Both the position numbers and the translations under genes were made by a program. Below are positions 62,200 to 64,000 of a DNA stretch of 64,000 nt, in pieces. Where the stretch lies: NCBI GenBank assembly GCA_963813155.1, contig CAWEYG010000004.1:72918-136917 (forward strand). The letters are read 5' to 3'. Every line of letters begins with the position of its first letter. The first letter of the stretch is position 1. The notes beneath the pieces were generated by a model. The model searched no databases. It saw only the letters and a program-made list of their open reading frames with translations, and had not been told where the DNA came from. The DNA comes from an uncultured Acidobacteriota bacterium (GTDB lineage Bacteria > Acidobacteriota > Thermoanaerobaculia > UBA5066 > DATFVB01).

Positions 62200-62485
62200 C
62201 CATGCGTCTATCCAGAAGTCTCGAGCGCCTTTCTTTCCGGAGGCGCTCGACTCTCGTCGCTCTCGTCCTGATCCAGCTCGGCTGCGTCACGGTGACGCTC
62301 AATCCGCAGAGAAGCCGGTCGACGAATCGCAGGCTCTCTCACGCCGCGAGGTCCCTGGACGCTTCCGTCCGATCGCCGAGACCCTGAGCGCGGTGCGCCT
62401 CGATGGCGCCGGGCCTTTCCCATCCGAAGTATCATTCGAGAACCGTCGATGCGCTCTGATCTCCCGTGCCTCAGGGAATTCCCGG

Positions 62486-63308
62486 GTGAGCCTCAAGAAA
62501 GCGCTCAGACCCTACATCCCCGCGCGAGTCAGCGCATTTCCCTACATCGTGGCTCTTCGAACGCGGCGCTGGATTCGAACGATCTTTCGACCGGATCGCG
62601 TTCGACCCCCCGGAAGCGGCGGGCTGCCCGGGCGACGGCGATTTCGTGCAGGTGGGGGAACATCTCTTCGGGCTCCTGACGGCGTTTGCCGGAATCCGCC
62701 CTCAGGATCGTGTGCTGGAGATCGGATGCGGCGTCGGCAGGACTGCGGCTCCGCTCACCCGCTTCATCACTCCGCCGGGGAGGTACGACGGCCTGGACGT
62801 TTCGCGGCCGTCGATTCGGTGGTGCCGCTGGGCAATCGGGCGACGGTTCCGGCAGTTTCGATTCCAGCACGCCGACATTCAGAACGGCGAGTACAACCCC
62901 GCGGGAAGGATTCCACCCGAGCGGTACGTGTTCCCGTACGCTTCCGAGACCTTCGACCTGGTTTTTCTCACGTCCGTTTTCACGCACATGCTTCCTGCCG
63001 CGATCCCGCAGTACCTCGCCGAGATCCGGCGAGTTCTCGCTCCGGGGGGCCGGCTGCTGGCGACGTTCTTTCTGGTTCCTCTGCGGCCGTTGCCCGAAGG
63101 AGTCTTTCGGATCGATCACCAACGCGACGGCTATTGGACGGCCGACCCGGCCAGGCCGGAGTGGGCTGTCGCGTACGAAGAGGCACAGGTCCGCCGGTGG
63201 TTTCGAGATGCGGGCCTCGCGATTCGCGAGCCCATTCAGCGCGGCTACTGGTCGGAGCCGGAACGGACGGCAACCTTTCAGGACTTGATCGTCGCGTTTC
63301 GAGAGTGA
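62486..63308 (+). CDS. Class I SAM-dependent methyltransferase (frameshift at ~62610)
   Basis: VLEIGCGVGR, FDLVFLTSVFTHM and LAPGG motifs. Confidence 0.88.
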
Positions 63309-63384
63309 GACCAACGGGAATCGAACCCATCGCGCCGCAAGGGCGCGTGAACGAAGTTAAGAAATTCTAAGAGCCTATGGAGCG

Positions 63385-63400
63385 TGGCAAACGTCTTGCT
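63385..63400 (+). promoter_or_regulatory. Sigma-54 -24/-12 promoter
   Basis: TGGCAAACGTCTTGCT; AGGAGG RBS downstream. Confidence 0.6.
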
Positions 63401-63454
63401 CCCGGTCGTCTTGCCCCGCAATGTCGCGGGACCGAGATTTTCCAGGAGGAGATC

Positions 63455-63884
63455 GTGAGAAAAGGGCTCTGGCTCTCAATGCTCGCAATATGTATCGCCG
63501 TCCCGCGATTCGCGAGAGCGGCCAACGACAATGGTTCCGGCGGGACATGCCGGCCTACTACGACTGCAATCCCTTCACCATCAATTTCAAGGAGCTCGCC
63601 TCGAACGCCGAAATCGAACAACTTCGTCACAACGGTCGATCAACACGATTTACATGTCGGACACCCCGGTCAACGGCGACATGTTCATCGCGGTGCTCGA
63701 CGCGATTCAGGGCGACGGATTCAACCCTCTCTGGCAGGAAGTCGACGTCATCTTCGACAGCATGACGCCGTTCAGCTTCGTTCCGCCGACGACGACGTGA
63801 TCGGCGGCAGCCCAGGCCGGAACGATCACGCTGATTCCCACCAACGAAATTTATCGGTGCTCCGTGGTCGGTTCGAAGAAATAG
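63455..63884 (+). CDS. Hypothetical secreted protein (frameshifted)
   Basis: Signal VRKGLWLSMLAICIA; pieces MPAYYD..FTINFKEL, INTIY, VLDAIQGDGFNPLWQEV and EIYRCSVVG lie in successive frames. Confidence 0.55.
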
Positions 63885-64000
63885 GTCGGGAAGTCCAGGC
63901 CGAACGAAAAGCGATCAAAAATGAGGGCGCCAGGCCTTGCTCGATTTGAATGAGTTCGGGGCGCCCTCGTCGCATCTCGAGAAGTCTCCGCGAAGTGGAA

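Overview
High-GC bacterial chromosome segment; gene content suggests an Acidobacteriota-like organism (inference only). Many single-base indels fall in conserved genes (rodZ, xseA, gpsA, ku, topIB), most likely long-read assembly errors, so broken ORFs are not called pseudogenes. From left to right: trpG-D-C-F-B-A, chorismate mutase and aroF; an IS30 element inserted in a palindrome; a ypdA-like reductase carrying an in-frame palindromic insertion; rodZ/DnaJ-TPR/PP2C; thiolase and acyl-CoA ligase; an AbrB-PIN toxin-antitoxin pair next to tRNA-Met(CAT); envelope glycosylation genes; xseAB-ispA; two Zn-dehydrogenases; glnA; a pentapeptide-repeat protein; an AAA ATPase; ABC-F, cinA, plsY and gpsA. 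The most striking locus is 43.8-52.7 kb. A small membrane-fusion protein, a sensor-less PrsK-like kinase and a PrsR-like sigma-54 activator precede a sigma-54 promoter and a short leader peptide followed by about 31 tandem xxKPGL hexapeptide repeats. Converging on this gene are a STAS protein, a triple-GAF/HlyD fusion and a PqqD/RRE-like + M50 metalloprotease + HlyD fusion. No ABC ATPase, TolC or recognisable modifying enzyme lies in the locus. This is a candidate undescribed leader-dependent processing/export system for a repeat peptide. The right end holds topoisomerase IB, Ku, split LigD, BON and secreted proteins, several preceded by sigma-54 -24/-12 motifs.
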